Assembly (NCBI RefSeq): GCF_963921235.1 | Contig: NC_086118.1 | Location: 22,694,001-22,758,000, forward strand | Direction: 5' to 3' | Length of the DNA stretch: 64,000 nucleotides | Origin: Mobula hypostoma | Taxonomy: Eukaryota | Shown: positions 35,031-47,830 of the stretch, piece by piece | Layout: every line of letters begins with the position of its first letter | How positions within the stretch are numbered: position 1 is the stretch's first letter | Program-made: the position numbers and the translations under genes | The notes under the pieces: generated by a model | Database searches by the model: none | What the model was told of the DNA's origin: nothing | Seen by the model: the letters and a program-made list of their open reading frames with translations, nothing else

Positions 35031-37713
35031 ATTTGATGTTATTGCTGCTGGTTTTTTTGTGAGGGAGGGAGATGGGGATTGATGTTATCATCACTGTTTT
35101 TTTGTGAGTGTTGGGGTTGGGGGTTTGGGGTTTTTAATGTTCCAGCTTCCATTTTCCATGTGGGCGATCTGTTAGTTTTTTGTGCAAGGGAGGGGCTGGA
35201 GAGTTTTGGTTCTTTTCTTTTTCATGCCAGTGGGGCGGGGGAGGTTGGTGACTTTCCTTTCAATGACTCCCATGGTTTTTCTGTGTTTCATGGCTGTTTG
35301 CAGAAGACAAATATCAGAGTTGGATTGTGCACGCATACTTTGACAAAATGAACCTCTGAACCTTTCAGCATGTACAGTGTCAAGTGTAGGTTTGTTAATG
35401 TCTAATGTTTGCTGATAGTGGCTGGAGTCTTCCTTAGCCTCAGGCACTTGTGGCATGAGAACAAAAGACCAAAAAATTATCTGTCTCTGCGTGTCTCTCA
35501 ATCCTTGTGGAACTCCAAAAGGTAACATGCTGAGTTAGTAACAAAAGATCACATATTTTGTCCATCTCTGTGTGCCTCACTGTGCTTGTGGATTGAACAT
35601 CCTTTTCACTCAGATCTTGGGACTTCACCTAACCTAGGACAGACTCAGGGTGATTTCATGGGTCGGAATTCAGAGATCCTCCAACAACAGCAACTATCAA
35701 GTCCCCGGCGGCAGCAACAATCAACTGAAGACTACGAATCATTTGTGTGGTTTAGTTGTGCTTTCTATTTTAGGATAATAAATTAGGCTTAAGTTACTTT
35801 GTCGTGCTTGTACGCTTATTACCACATCTCTTGGGCACTTGAATTGGCTTGGGTCTGATCAAAACAGCCCATTACATACATTTTGAAGAAATAATGTAGA
35901 CTTGTAATACTTAGACAGAGGCATTCATGCTTGTTTAATGAAGGTGATAACACCATTGGAGAATGTCGTGAAATTGCCCGTTGACTGTTGGGTATGTCTG
36001 AAGGTTGAATCGAAAATCACTCAGCGCGCAATCCACCTCTGTAATCCGCCTTGGTCCAGTTCATTATGTATCATAAATATGTAAATTAACTCCAGCCAAA
36101 ATAAAATGCACTATTAAATTTTGGGGGTCACTGAATAGGTTAATTTGATAGATTAATGTTAATATTCAGTGGTATTAAATAATTAAAATGAGGATAGAAA
36201 TTAATATTTGGAAGCCATGGTATGTTTACCTTTTCTTTTTGCAGACAAATGGCATCTAAAGCAGTCTTGAGATAATGCAGAAATTAAAGAACAGAGCTAA
36301 ACACAAAAGAGATAATTAATTAGTCAATATAGATTTCACTAAATGAACAGGATGTCTTAATGACACTGGAGATTGTAATGGTAATGAATTCACTATTACA
36401 CGGTTAAGGCTAATAAGCAGCCATCACTGAGGGAAAGTGGCCCACAGGGAAATTAGTTCCATGTTGATTTTCATCAAAAGTGCAATCATCATGTGATACT
36501 TTTCCCAACTTCCCAAAACAGAATTAAACTGAGACTTTCCTGAGTTATTTTACTTCAGTTTGATGTTCTGCTGCTGGAAGAAATGACTGTTTCCAAGGTA
36601 CAACTTTCTCATTACCACCTGTCCTTCAGTAGCTCACCCATGAGGCTCAGGTGTAGTAACATTACAGCTCCCAGCTAGAATTGGGATGAGGGGTTATTAC
36701 CCAATCAAACAGCCTCATGACTGCACTGCTCCAAGTGACTAGGATTGATTTTATGTACAGAATTTGTATTACATAAAAATCCACCACTCAATCCATTTTT
36801 CTCAGAAATCAGACTGCTTTTATCAGAAAATATTAGTTCAATTTTCTGCTGCTTCTGATAGAAACTATTTAATCAGGCAGTAAAGATTAGATGCCCTTTT
36901 TTGTTTGCTGAGTAAATATTTATTATTTGGCTTGGTTGCTATAAAACAGATTGTGTGGTTGAGAATCTTGCTGTCGGTCCCAACCTTTGGCTAACAGAGC
37001 GAAATTTATTGGCTAAGGCTACATAATTTATTAAGCTGTGATAGGCTGACACAATGAATGTCACTAGCTGGGGGCACATAATTTTCATTACAAGCCGTGG
37101 CTATTTAGCCCATCAAGCCAAGGCTGGCTTGCAGAACATTCTCTTAGTCCCATTCTGCTATTTATTTCCCAATTACCTATTCTAATCTAATCCTATCAAT
37201 TTCTGCCACCAAATTAGTGCAATTGGTACCTTGCAGTATCCAGTTAAGCAATTTATTGCAAACACTGATGCGTGGGAAGAAATCCATGCATTTGCAAGAA
37301 AAATGTGTGAATTCCACACTTTAAGTCCAGGTCAAACCTCTGTCGTTGGAGTTATAAGGCACCAGCTCTAACTGCTGCAAAAGTTAATAATGGAAATCAA
37401 TGAGTTGTACTATGTTCAAAGGTTAATTTATTATCGAAATATACAAGTCTGAGATTCTTTTGTCAGTCACTAATGAAACTCATCAGCTGAAATAGTGCAA
37501 TTTATTAATGTAACTAGTCAATTCAATAGATACTGTAGCGAGAGGGCGGGCTGAAAATGCTGGAAGTACTCAGCAGCATTAGAAACTAAGTTGACATTTC
37601 GGATCAACAATGTATCATCAGAACTAGGGGAAATATAGAAATCAAACGTCTTTTAAGTTAAAAAGGAGAAAGGGGCAGAGAGAAAAAAAGGGAATGTCTC
37701 TGATAGTGTAGAC

Positions 37714-37793
37714 CAGGGGCTCCTAACATGGAGTCCACGTAACCCTTGGTTAATGGTAGGGGTCCATGGCATAAAAAATGTTAGGAACCCCTG
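37714..37793. mobile_element. hAT-Charlie-type MITE, second copy
   Basis: TIRs CAGGGGCTCCTAACA/TGTTAGGAACCCCTG; perfect 8-bp TSD GTGTAGAC at 37706-37713 and 37794-37801. Confidence 0.9.
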
Positions 37794-38189
37794 GTGTAGA
37801 CCAAGATTGAGTGAATGATGAACAAGTACAGAAACGGTGGAGAGGTCTGTTAATTAGATCTGGTTTCTGTTGAGTGATTCAAGTAGGGTAAAATGAATGA
37901 GGACAGAGGTAGGGAAGAAGTTGTTGGAACAGTGAAATATAGAAAACCACAGACTGTTGCTATCTAAATAAAAAGTTTGGAAATGTTCAGCAAATCTATG
38001 ACATGAGGGAAGAAGAAAAAAATCATGTTAATGAACTAGCTTGCTCAGGATCTCCTCTGTAGACTGAACAAATTGGTCATTCAATCTGAGTTACTTTCTT
38101 CAAGGAGATGAGACTATGCCATGTGAAGTATGTTAAATTGCAAAACAATACAAACAAATTGCTTCTAAATTGTACTAAACTGAAACCTG

Positions 38190-41170
38190 AGAAGGCAATG
38201 ATCATAATATGATAGCATTCATCCAGCAGTTTGAGAGGGACAAGATAAAGTCAGATGTATCAGTATTACAGTGGAGGAAAGGGAATTACAGAGGCATGAA
38301 AGAGGCCAAAATTGATTGGAAGGGGACATTATCAGGGATGATGGCAAAACAGCAATGGCCAGAGTTTTGGAAGGCAATTCAGAAGGTGCAGGTTAGTTAT
38401 ATCCCAAAAATAGAGTTCTAAAGGGAGGATGAGGGAACCGTTGCTGACAAAGATTAGATTAGATTAGATTAGATGCAATTTTATAGTCATTGTGCTGAGT
38501 ACAGATACAAAGCCAATGAAATGAAGTTAGCATCTGACCAGAAATGCAAAGAATAGTGTTATTTACAAAATAACTGTGAATAACAAGTAAGTGCTACAGC
38601 ACACAAATATAAAAGTACTGAGACAGTACAATATGGATGCAATGCTGCTTAGTGCTGTGATAAGAGGTTCAGCAGCGTCACAGCCTCAGGGAAGAAGCTC
38701 TTCCTGTGCCTGCTGGTGCAGGAGTGGAGGCTCCTGTAGCACCTACCAGATGGGAGGAGAGTAAAAAGTCCATGGTTAGGGTGAGATACATCCTTAATAA
38801 TGCTTTTCGCCCTGCCCAGACAGCATTTATGGCAGATGTTCTCAATGGTGGGCAATTGGGTGCCGATAATCTGCTGGGCAGTTTTCACCACACGCTGGAG
38901 TGCTTTGCAGTCCGATATGGGACAATGCCATACCACACTGAGATGCAGTTCGTGAGTATGCTCTCAATGGTACAGCGGTAAAAGTCCGTCAGTATCCTGG
39001 GACAGAGGTGAGCTTTCTTCATGCTCCGCAGGAAATAAAGGCGCTGTTGCACCTTTTTGATCAGGATGGAGGAGTTCAGGGACCAGGTGAGATCCTCGGA
39101 AATGTGGACACCAAGGAATTTGAAGCTTGATACACGCTCCACTACAGCTCTGTTGATGTAGATGGGCACGTGAGTGTGGCTCCTAGCATGCCTGAAGTCC
39201 ACAATGATCTCCTTGGTCTTCTGGGTGTTAAGGGCCAGGTTGTTGTCGGCACACCACACGGCCAAGTGCCGGACCTCGTCCCTGTAGGCCGTCTCATCAA
39301 CCCCTCTGATCAGGCCAACCACCTTGGTGTCGTCTGCGAACTTGATTATGAAGTTAGAACCAAGTACAGGAACGCAGTCATAGGTGAAAAGGGAGTACAG
39401 AAGAGGGCTCAGCACACAGCCTTGAGGCACACCGGTGTTCAGGGAGAAAGTGGAGGAGGAGAGGTTGTCTAACTTAACTGATTGGGGTCTGTTAGTCAGA
39501 AAGTCCAAGGTCCAATTGCAGAGAGATGAGCTATTACCAAGCTGGCGAAGTTTGGCGATCAGCTTGGAGGGAATCACAGTATTGAATGCCGAACTAAAGT
39601 CAATGAACAGCATTCTGACATAAGAGTTGGGGCTGTCCAGGTGGGTCAGGGCAGAGTGAAGTGCCGTGGAGATGGCGTCCTCTGTTGACCTGTTGGAGTG
39701 ACAGGCAAATTGATGGGGGTCCAGGGTGGTGGGCAGACAGGATTTCAGATGTGATAGAACCAGTCTCTCAAAGCACTTTGCAATGATGGGGGTGAGTTCA
39801 ACTGGACGGAAGTCATTCAGGCCCGGAAGGAAGGCAAAGACAGCATAAAAGGAAAAAGAGATGACATATAATATAACATAAATTTGTGGGAAGTTAGAGG
39901 ATTGGGAAGCTTTTAAAAACCAACAGAAGGCAACTAAAAAAGCAAGAAAGAAAAAAAAGATGAAATATGAAGTTAAGCTAGCCAGTAACATAAAAGAAGA
40001 TATCAAACTTTGATATTTAATTACTTAGATTTTCAGAAGGCCTTTGACAAGGTGCCACACATGAGACTGCTAAAAAAGCTACGAGCTCATGGTAATACAA
40101 GAAAGATTCTAGCATGGATAAACGAGTGGCTGATTAGCAGGAGGCAAAGAGTGGGAATAAAGGGGGCTTTTTTTATGGTGTTCCACAGGGGTCTGTGTTG
40201 GGAATGATTCTTTTTACATTACGTGTCAATGGTTTGGATGATGGAATTGATGGCTTTGTTGCAAAGTTTGGAGATGATATGATGATAGGTGGAGGGTCAG
40301 ATAGTTTTGAGGAAGCAGAGGCGACAGAAGGCCTTAGATTAGGAGAATGGACAAATAAGTGGCAGATGGAATATAGTGTCAGGAAGTGTATGGTCATGCA
40401 CTTTGGTAGAATAAATGAAAGGGTTGACTATTTTCTAAATGGAGAGAAAAAAATAAAGAATGGAGATGCAAAGAGACTTGGGAGTCTTTTTGCATGATTC
40501 CCTAAAGGTTAATTTGCAGTTTGTGTCTGTGTTTAGAAAGGCAAATGCAATGTTAGCATCATTTCAAGAGGACTGGAATATAAAAGCAAGGACGTAATGT
40601 TGAAAATTTATAAAGCACTGATGAAAGCTCACTTGTGACCCCTTTATCTTAGAAAGGATGTGCTGACACTGGAGAGGGTTCAAAGGAAATTCACAAAAAT
40701 GATTCCAAGATTTCATGGCTTGTCATATGAAGAGCATTTGATGGCTTTGGGCCTGTATTCACTAGAGTTCAGAAGAATGAGGGGTGGCTTCATTGATAAC
40801 AAAGAATGGTGAAAGGACTTGACAGGGTGGATGTGGAGAGGATATTTCCTACAGTGGGAGAGTCTAAGACCAGAGGACACAGCCTCAGAATAGAGGGGTG
40901 TCCTTTTAGGATGGAGTTGAGGAGGACTTTCTTTAGCAAGACAGTAATGAATCTGTGGAATTCTTAGCCACAGACAGCTATGGAGGGCAAGTCTTTAAAT
41001 ATATTTAAGGCAAAAGCTGATAGATTCTTGATTGGTCAGGGCATGAAGGAATATGAGAAGAAGGCAGTAAATCGGGGCTGAGAGGAAAATTGGATCAGCC
41101 ATGATGAAATGGCAGAGTATACTTGATGGGAAAAATGGCCTAGTTCTGTTCCTATGACTTATGATGTTAT
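38190..41170 (+). mobile_element. Degenerate CR1 LINE (38190-38451 and 39827-41170) split by a Rex1 insertion
   Basis: [41 protein letters not shown] motifs and a CR1 3' end. Confidence 0.88.
38452..39826 (-). mobile_element. Rex1/Rex-Babar LINE, 5'-truncated, with (ATCTA)n tail
   Basis: [53 protein letters not shown]; plus-strand (agatt)n at 38451-38474. Confidence 0.93.
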
Positions 41171-41804
41171 GGTGCCAAGATGGTTGTTGTATGCATCTAG
41201 AATGGTAGTGTAGTGGGCAGTGCTTGTCTCTCTCACTTTCAGCTTCCACTGCTCGCTAGCAGTCTTGCAAAAAGGAGAGCTGAATGTGTAAGTCTTTCCC
41301 TGCCAGTACATAGCCTCTCCAACAGCAAGTCTCACGTAGTGCCTCTTGTCTGGCAACACATGGAAATTGAACTCCTTCTGGATTCAGGCTAAACTACAGA
41401 GGATAAGGAGGAGGGTCTGGCCCTTGCAGACGTAGCATGTAGGCCCACCGGTGTGTGGCCAGGCCCTGGTAGTAGTGAACCAGATCCCCAGCTATGGGTA
41501 AATGGCCCCACTGCCTTGTGGGTAGCCTTGGGAGAGACGAAGGCTACGGGAGTAAACCCAGACAGAGAGTCCAGAGTGCAGCCCCTAAGGCGGCTGGATG
41601 TCATTGAACATCCTTCCGGCAGCTCTTGCTGCCAAGTTGGTGTCCAACGCATTCTTTATAGGCTTTCCTTTGGACAACATTGGTGAGGTCAAGAGGGGGA
41701 TCTTGACAACTGGGCATCTCAGGATCTCCATACTTTCCGTTTAGGGTTGTGATGATGATCATCATCACCCAATGTCCTTCAACACCAACACCATGGTCTT
41801 ATAA

Positions 41805-43330
41805 TCTTTTTTCAGATATAAAGAGTAAAAGAGAGGTGAGAGTGGATATTGGACCACTGAAAATGATGTTAGAGGGGAGTAATGGGAGACGAAGAAATGG
41901 CAGACAAACCTAACAAGCACTCTGCATCAGTGTTCAATGTGGAAGACATTAGCAGTATGCCAGAAATTCAAGAGTGTCAAGGGGTAGATGTAAGTGTAGT
42001 TACTATTTCTGAGGAAAAGGTGCTCAGGAAGCTGAAAGGTCTGAGGTACAATACTGTGCCAAGTCTGAAACACATGTAAAAAATTCTGTAAAGCAAAGAT
42101 GCTTTCAAAAATAATGAAAGGAAAAGGCTCTCAGTATCAGATAATATACTATAAAGATCAGTAAGCAGGAAAGAACTAAATCAAATCAATATTTGGTGTG
42201 ACCACCATTTGCTCTTAAAACTGCGTAAATTCTCTTAGGTACACCATCGTGCACATTTATAAGGAATTCAGCTTGTAGGTTATTCCAAGCTTCTTGGAGA
42301 ACTTGCCACAGCTCTTCTGCAGACTTTGGTTGTCTCACTTGCTTCTGTCTCCAGGTAATCCCAGACAAGCCTTGATGATGTTGAGATCAGGATCAGTGTA
42401 GAGTCTGCTTTTTTTTTTACATTGTATATCAATGATTTGGATGGTGGAATTGATGGCTTTGTGGTCAAGTTTGCAGATGATATAGAGATAGTTGGAGGGG
42501 CAGGTAGTTTTGAGGAAACAGAGACTGCAGAAAGACTTAAACATACTCGGACAAAGAAGTAGCAGATGGAATACAGTGTCAGGAAATGTATGGTCATGCT
42601 CTTTTGTAGAATGAATAAAGGCCTAGACTATTTCCTAAATGAGGACAAAATTTAAAAAATAGAGGTGCAAAAAGAGTCCTTGTGCAGGATTCCTTAAAGG
42701 TTGAGTTGCTGCTAAGGAGGCAAAACTTGCTGGTTGAGCCAATGTAATGTTTGATTATCAGAGTAAGGATGTGATACTGAGGCTTTGTGAGGCATTGGTC
42801 AGACCCCTTATCTAAGAAAAGATGTGCTGGTATTGGGAAGGGTTCAAAGAAGTTTACGAGAATGACTCCGGGAAAGAAAGGGTTAACATACCGGGAATGT
42901 TTGATGGCTCTGGAGCTGAACTCGCTGGAGTTTAGAAGAATGAGGGGCAATCTCATTGAAACTTATTGAATATTGAAAGGCCTAGACAGAGTGGATGTAG
43001 AGAAGATGTTTCCTAGGGCGGGTGAGTCTAGGACAGAGGGTACAGCCTCAGAATAGAACGATGTCCATTGAGAACAAAGATGAAGAGAAATTTCTTTAGC
43101 CAGAGGGTGGTGAATCTGTGTAATTCATTGCCACAGATGGCAGTGAAAACCAAATAATTGAATTTATTAGTGCAGAGATTGATAGGTTCTTGATTAGTCA
43201 GGGAGTCAAAGGTTATAGGGAGAAGATAGGAGAATGGTGTTGAATGCGATAATAAATCAGCCATGATGGAATGCAGAGCAGCCTTGATGGGCTGAAGGAG
43301 AGGAATAGAGCCATATGTCTTATGGTCTAA
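41805..43330 (+). mobile_element. Degenerate CR1 LINE interrupted by a Tc1 fragment
   Basis: MGDEEMADK..ASVFNVED, KFADD, LEFRRMRGNLIETY motifs; tail atgtcttatggtct. Confidence 0.85.
42049..42410 (-). mobile_element. Tc1/mariner transposon 3' end (transposase C-terminus and TIR)
   Basis: PDLNII..VWDYL and SAEELWQVLQEAWNNL..VPKRIYAVLRANGGHTKY; TIR TA-caatactgtgccaagtct. Confidence 0.9.
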
Positions 43331-44934
43331 ATCTTACCTGTTTATTCCAAAGCCCAAACAATGGAATTGGCCACATTTTTCAGAATGACTTGTCCTGAGC
43401 CTATTGAACATAATTCATCCTGTCATAATGACTGACTGAAAGGAATTTTAGGATTCTGTTAGCTGCCTCCTAAAAAGGAACATTTTAGGATCCTGATATT
43501 CCTTGTCTGTGGTTGGCTACTTCATGTCAAAATAATTCCTGGGACTTACTGTTTAGGGATTCATCACATTTTTGTTCTAAGAATCTTACTGGTCTGATTT
43601 TGAAATGATGACTTGACAAAATGTCAACATAATGTAAACAGAGATAAGAGGTTAAAACCTCCAGTTTTAATAAGTGGATGGGGTGACTTTACTAACATGG
43701 CTAATATGTTACAAGTGGCACTTTAAGTAACAAATATGTGTATGGAAGCAAATAAGCATACATTTAATAACATAATAATTTGCGAAGATAATACATCAGT
43801 CCCTTTGAACCTGATCCATATCCAACATTCCTCTTTTCCCTTGATATCCAAAAATCAATGACTGAGTCGTACAGACTTTGCTAATACAGTTTTCCAGATG
43901 TTCACCACATCTGAGTGAACAAATTTCACCTCTTCTCCATACAACATCATCTGTGTCTTGTTCTGAGACTTTGACCCTAGTTTTCGACATCTTTCCAGGT
44001 AAGTATCCTTCCACATTTTTTCCATTGAACTCTAAGAATTTTGTAAGTTTCAATGAGTCATTCCTCATTCTTCATTCCTTTCAAGTTTAAAGATCATAGG
44101 CCCAGTCTAGTCAATCTTTCTTCATATAGGCTGTGGACCATTTTTAAGATGCTTTCATTTTTTCAGAAATTAGATGAAATAAAGGATGATGGTTTTTTAT
44201 ATAGATTTAACAAAGGAAAAACTACTACTTCTGACAAATGAGTCACAAACCAGAGATCATAAAATAAATTGCCTTCAGGGACTGTGAGGAGAAATTTCTA
44301 CATACAGGAAGCTGTTAAGAATGGGTCTTAACAGCAGTTTCAAAGGACAATTGGACATCTACTTGAGGAAGATTAGTGGCAGGATTGTGGTGAAAAATAC
44401 TGGGCAGTGGATCTAAATTGAATAACTCCTTCAAAGAACCAGCAGAGGCCCCATAAGCTCTCTGATTCTTTGATTTGGAACTAATTACTGAATCCATTAA
44501 GTATTTAATACAATGGTTCTCATTGGAAACCTGTCAAAATTAAATATATTCTGCTCTGACTATCCTAAAACTCAGTGCTATAAAACAATTCAACTACATA
44601 GCATTCTTGAAATATTTATAATATCACATATTTCTTGAATTCTAATAGACAATATTATGAGGATGAGACTTAACTGTCTGTGATGTTGTGGTTTTAAAAA
44701 ACAGATTACAGAAACAGCAGCCAGTCACCTCCAATTTATTTCCCCCATTTAATTAGAATTAATTAGATTATCTAATCTAATTCTATAATCTTAAATTCCC
44801 ATTGATAATAGCCATCTATCATTATCTGATTTGACTTTTACAATTGACCTAGGTTACGTGAAATAATTCCATTGTCCCACTATCCTTCATATGAAGAAGT
44901 ACCTCTTGACAGCACCCTTAAACAGCTTTTCCCA

Positions 44935-45480
44935 TTTAAAGTTCAAAGTAAATATTATTATCAAAGTACATATATGTCACTATATACAACACTAAGATTC
45001 ATTTTCTTGTGGGCATACTCAGCAAATTTATAGAATAGCAACTACAACAGAATCAATGAAAGACCACCTCAGCTCGAGCATTCAACCGGAGTGCAGAAGA
45101 CAACACGCTATGTAAATGCATAAAGAAGAAACAATAATATAAATAAATAACCAATAAATATTGAGAACATGTGATGAAAAGTCCTTGAAAGTTAGTCCAC
45201 TATTTGTGGGAACATTTCAATGATGGGGCAAGTGAAGTTATGCTCTTTGTTCAAGAGCCTGATGGTTGAAGGGTAGTACTTGTTCCTAATCCTGGTGGTA
45301 CAAGTCCTGATGCTCTTGTACCTTCTTGCTGATGGCAGCTGCGAGAAGAGAGTATGTCCTGGGTGGTGAGGGTCCTCGATGATGGGTGCTGCTTTCCTGC
45401 GGCGGCGTTTCGTGTAGATGTGCGCAATGGTTGGGAGGGCTTTACCCGTGGTGGACCAGGCCATATCCAGTATTTTTTGT
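44935..45480 (-). mobile_element. Rex1-type LINE 3' end
   Basis: TGKALPTIAHIY..AAPIIEDPHHPGHTLFSQLPSARRYKS and the shared 3' UTR. Confidence 0.85.
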
Positions 45481-47229
45481 AGAATCTTATCTAAGGTTAT
45501 GTTTTCTTAGTCAGGACTACTCTGCCAGAAGACGTTTCCCTCCTTTTACCTTCAACTACTTTGATCATCTGAGGCACCTCCATTAGGTAAAGCATTACTT
45601 TTCAATACTCAAGACAATTATCACCCACTCTACACAACCTATTCTTGGAGCTCAAATTGTCAAACTGATTTTGCAATTTTGACCTTTTTCTGCTGTACAT
45701 GAAAAGATCGGTTGCAAAACTTGGAAGCATCACATATTACACTTTGGTTCCTTGTCAAGTAATCTCGCATTCTGTGTCAGAAGGATTGTGATTTCAATTT
45801 TAAAGAATAAAGCACATTATGCATACTTGAAGTTCTGATCATTTAGATGACCCCCTTGCTCTTTCCAATATTTCAAGTGAACTTCATATCCTGCAGTTCC
45901 TTGAGATTGAAGTTGACTTGCTTCTAGTAGAGTTCTGTGGATTCTGAGATAGCTGGAGAATCTTATGAAGGATTCTTGAACGCTGTCACAGATGGGCTAA
46001 CAGATCCTTGTTGGAACATGTAGTTTAAGATATTGGGTGCTCCCTCCACAGTCTGCAAGTAAAACTTTGTGTGTTCATGTCGTTATATTCTACCACATAG
46101 CAGTCAGGAAGTACAAGTTCCTGAAATTTTCAGGCAATTTTCCTCTCTTAAGCCAGTAACAAGAAATGAGTCACAACCAATTTAGCTCATTGAAGAATAA
46201 CATTTCGGTCTTTGATGAGGTTGGTTAAGGAAGGAGGGATAATGGAACCTTATTGCTCCAAATTTGCACACAATTAGGACTGCACAGTGAAATGTTTTAT
46301 CTGCAAAATGCTTTGAGATATTCTTGAAAGATATCATGAGGCGTATTTAAAGTGCATGTCATTTCTACAACGAGAATGTTCAGTACACACAGTTCCATAT
46401 CGATGAGTACTTCAAAGAAGCAAAAAGGAACAGTTCATTTACACAGGAAGAATTAACTTCCATTAAAGTACTTTTATAGTTGGGTAATTCACAGGTTTGA
46501 GCTACATGAATCACATATGCGGAAATCATTTCTCCCTTTGACCAAATTTATTTTAGATTGTAATAACTAAGTTTGTGTTGCTAATTCTATATAACCGGAG
46601 TTTGAGGAAATGGTCTGGCTGGTTTTAGCAGTGGTTAATATCTGGGTTGGAGTTTTGTATATTTTGCTTTAATGTAAATATAACCAAAGAAGAGTACTGA
46701 ATAAATGAGGTGAAACATAAACAAACTGAGGACTGGATTAAATAAGGAAATACTTACATAACAGATCATTTAGGAATTACTATGCTGCCCACAGCTGCCT
46801 CAAATGACATATCACTCGCTGGAGGATGGCAAATAACAAGTCCCATCAAAGCCTGGAGCTTGTATGGTCAAGGAGAACTTAAATGAGATGCAGATAGTTG
46901 AGTCATGCAAATTGTACTGAAAATGGCATTTCACTGTTTGAGGCATGCTTTTGCATGAGACAAATGAGCCCTCCCAAGAGAATGGAAAAGATCTGAAGGA
47001 CTTTTTCACAAAAGCAGCAGAGAATCTACCTCATGCCCTGAATAATGTGTAACCCTTAGCAGGCTTCACCAAAGTGGATTGTCTATGTGTTAGCTTACAA
47101 GAAATCAAAACGTCTGCAGATGCTGGAAATCTGAAATAAAAGCTGATAAAGCAGAACATGTACAAAATAAAACAGAGTTAGTGTTTTATGTCGAAGTCAT
47201 TAGTATCACTCTCCAGCATTAAATTATCT

Positions 47230-47830
47230 CCCTTGTTTGCCTCACTAACTAAAAAATCAGTTGAAATCTATCATGAACATGTACAGTGACTGAGCCTCCA
47301 TAGCTCTCACAGGAAGAGAATTCCAAAACTAGAAAACTCTTTGAATGGAGACATTCCTTGTTAACCCTATCATGAATGATCGATTTCCTAGACTGATACT
47401 CTAAATATCACATCTTCAGGAAGTATCAACTAACTCTGAATTAATTTTGTTGAACTCCTTAAAACTGTTATAGATTTCAATGAGATCTACTCTTATTTTT
47501 AACTCTGGAAAATATAGGTCCAGTCTGCTTACTCTCTTCTCCATTCCAGGAATAGTTCAGATAAATCTTTGTTCTGTCACTCTATTGTAAGTAAGTTCTT
47601 CCTTAAATAAGGAGACCAGATAAGAATATTCTAGATTCTGTGGAGATCTCCAGCACACCATATAGTTGAAGTAAAGATATCTTATCCTTCATAAGCCAAT
47701 CTCACTTGTAATAAGCACCAAAAGATCACTTACTTCACTAACAGATTATTAACTTTACATTGCTAACTTTCAGTGATCTGTATATAGGGATACCTTGGTC
47801 ACCCTGAACACCAACACCTTTCATTTTAAC
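47230..47830 (-). mobile_element. Highly decayed CR1 3' fragment
   Basis: Residual similarity to 33980-34600 (agagaattcca, tttcaatgagatc, aaggagaccaga). Confidence 0.55.

Noticed and set aside
33640..35370. Apparent long direct repeats flanking the CR1 at 33888-35030 (possible LTRs or large TSD)
   Set aside because: They look like degenerate GT-rich internal repeats of an older element into which the CR1 inserted; no TG..CA ends or PBS.
38885..40006. 373-aa ORF as a novel membrane-anchored reverse transcriptase
   Set aside because: Chance fusion of antisense CR1 sequence (hydrophobic N-terminus) to a 5'-truncated Rex1 RT at the insertion junction near 39826.
44754..44785. Imperfect AT-rich palindrome tagaattaattagat-t-atctaatctaattcta
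   Set aside because: Short, low-complexity and built from ATCTA-type units; no evidence of function.
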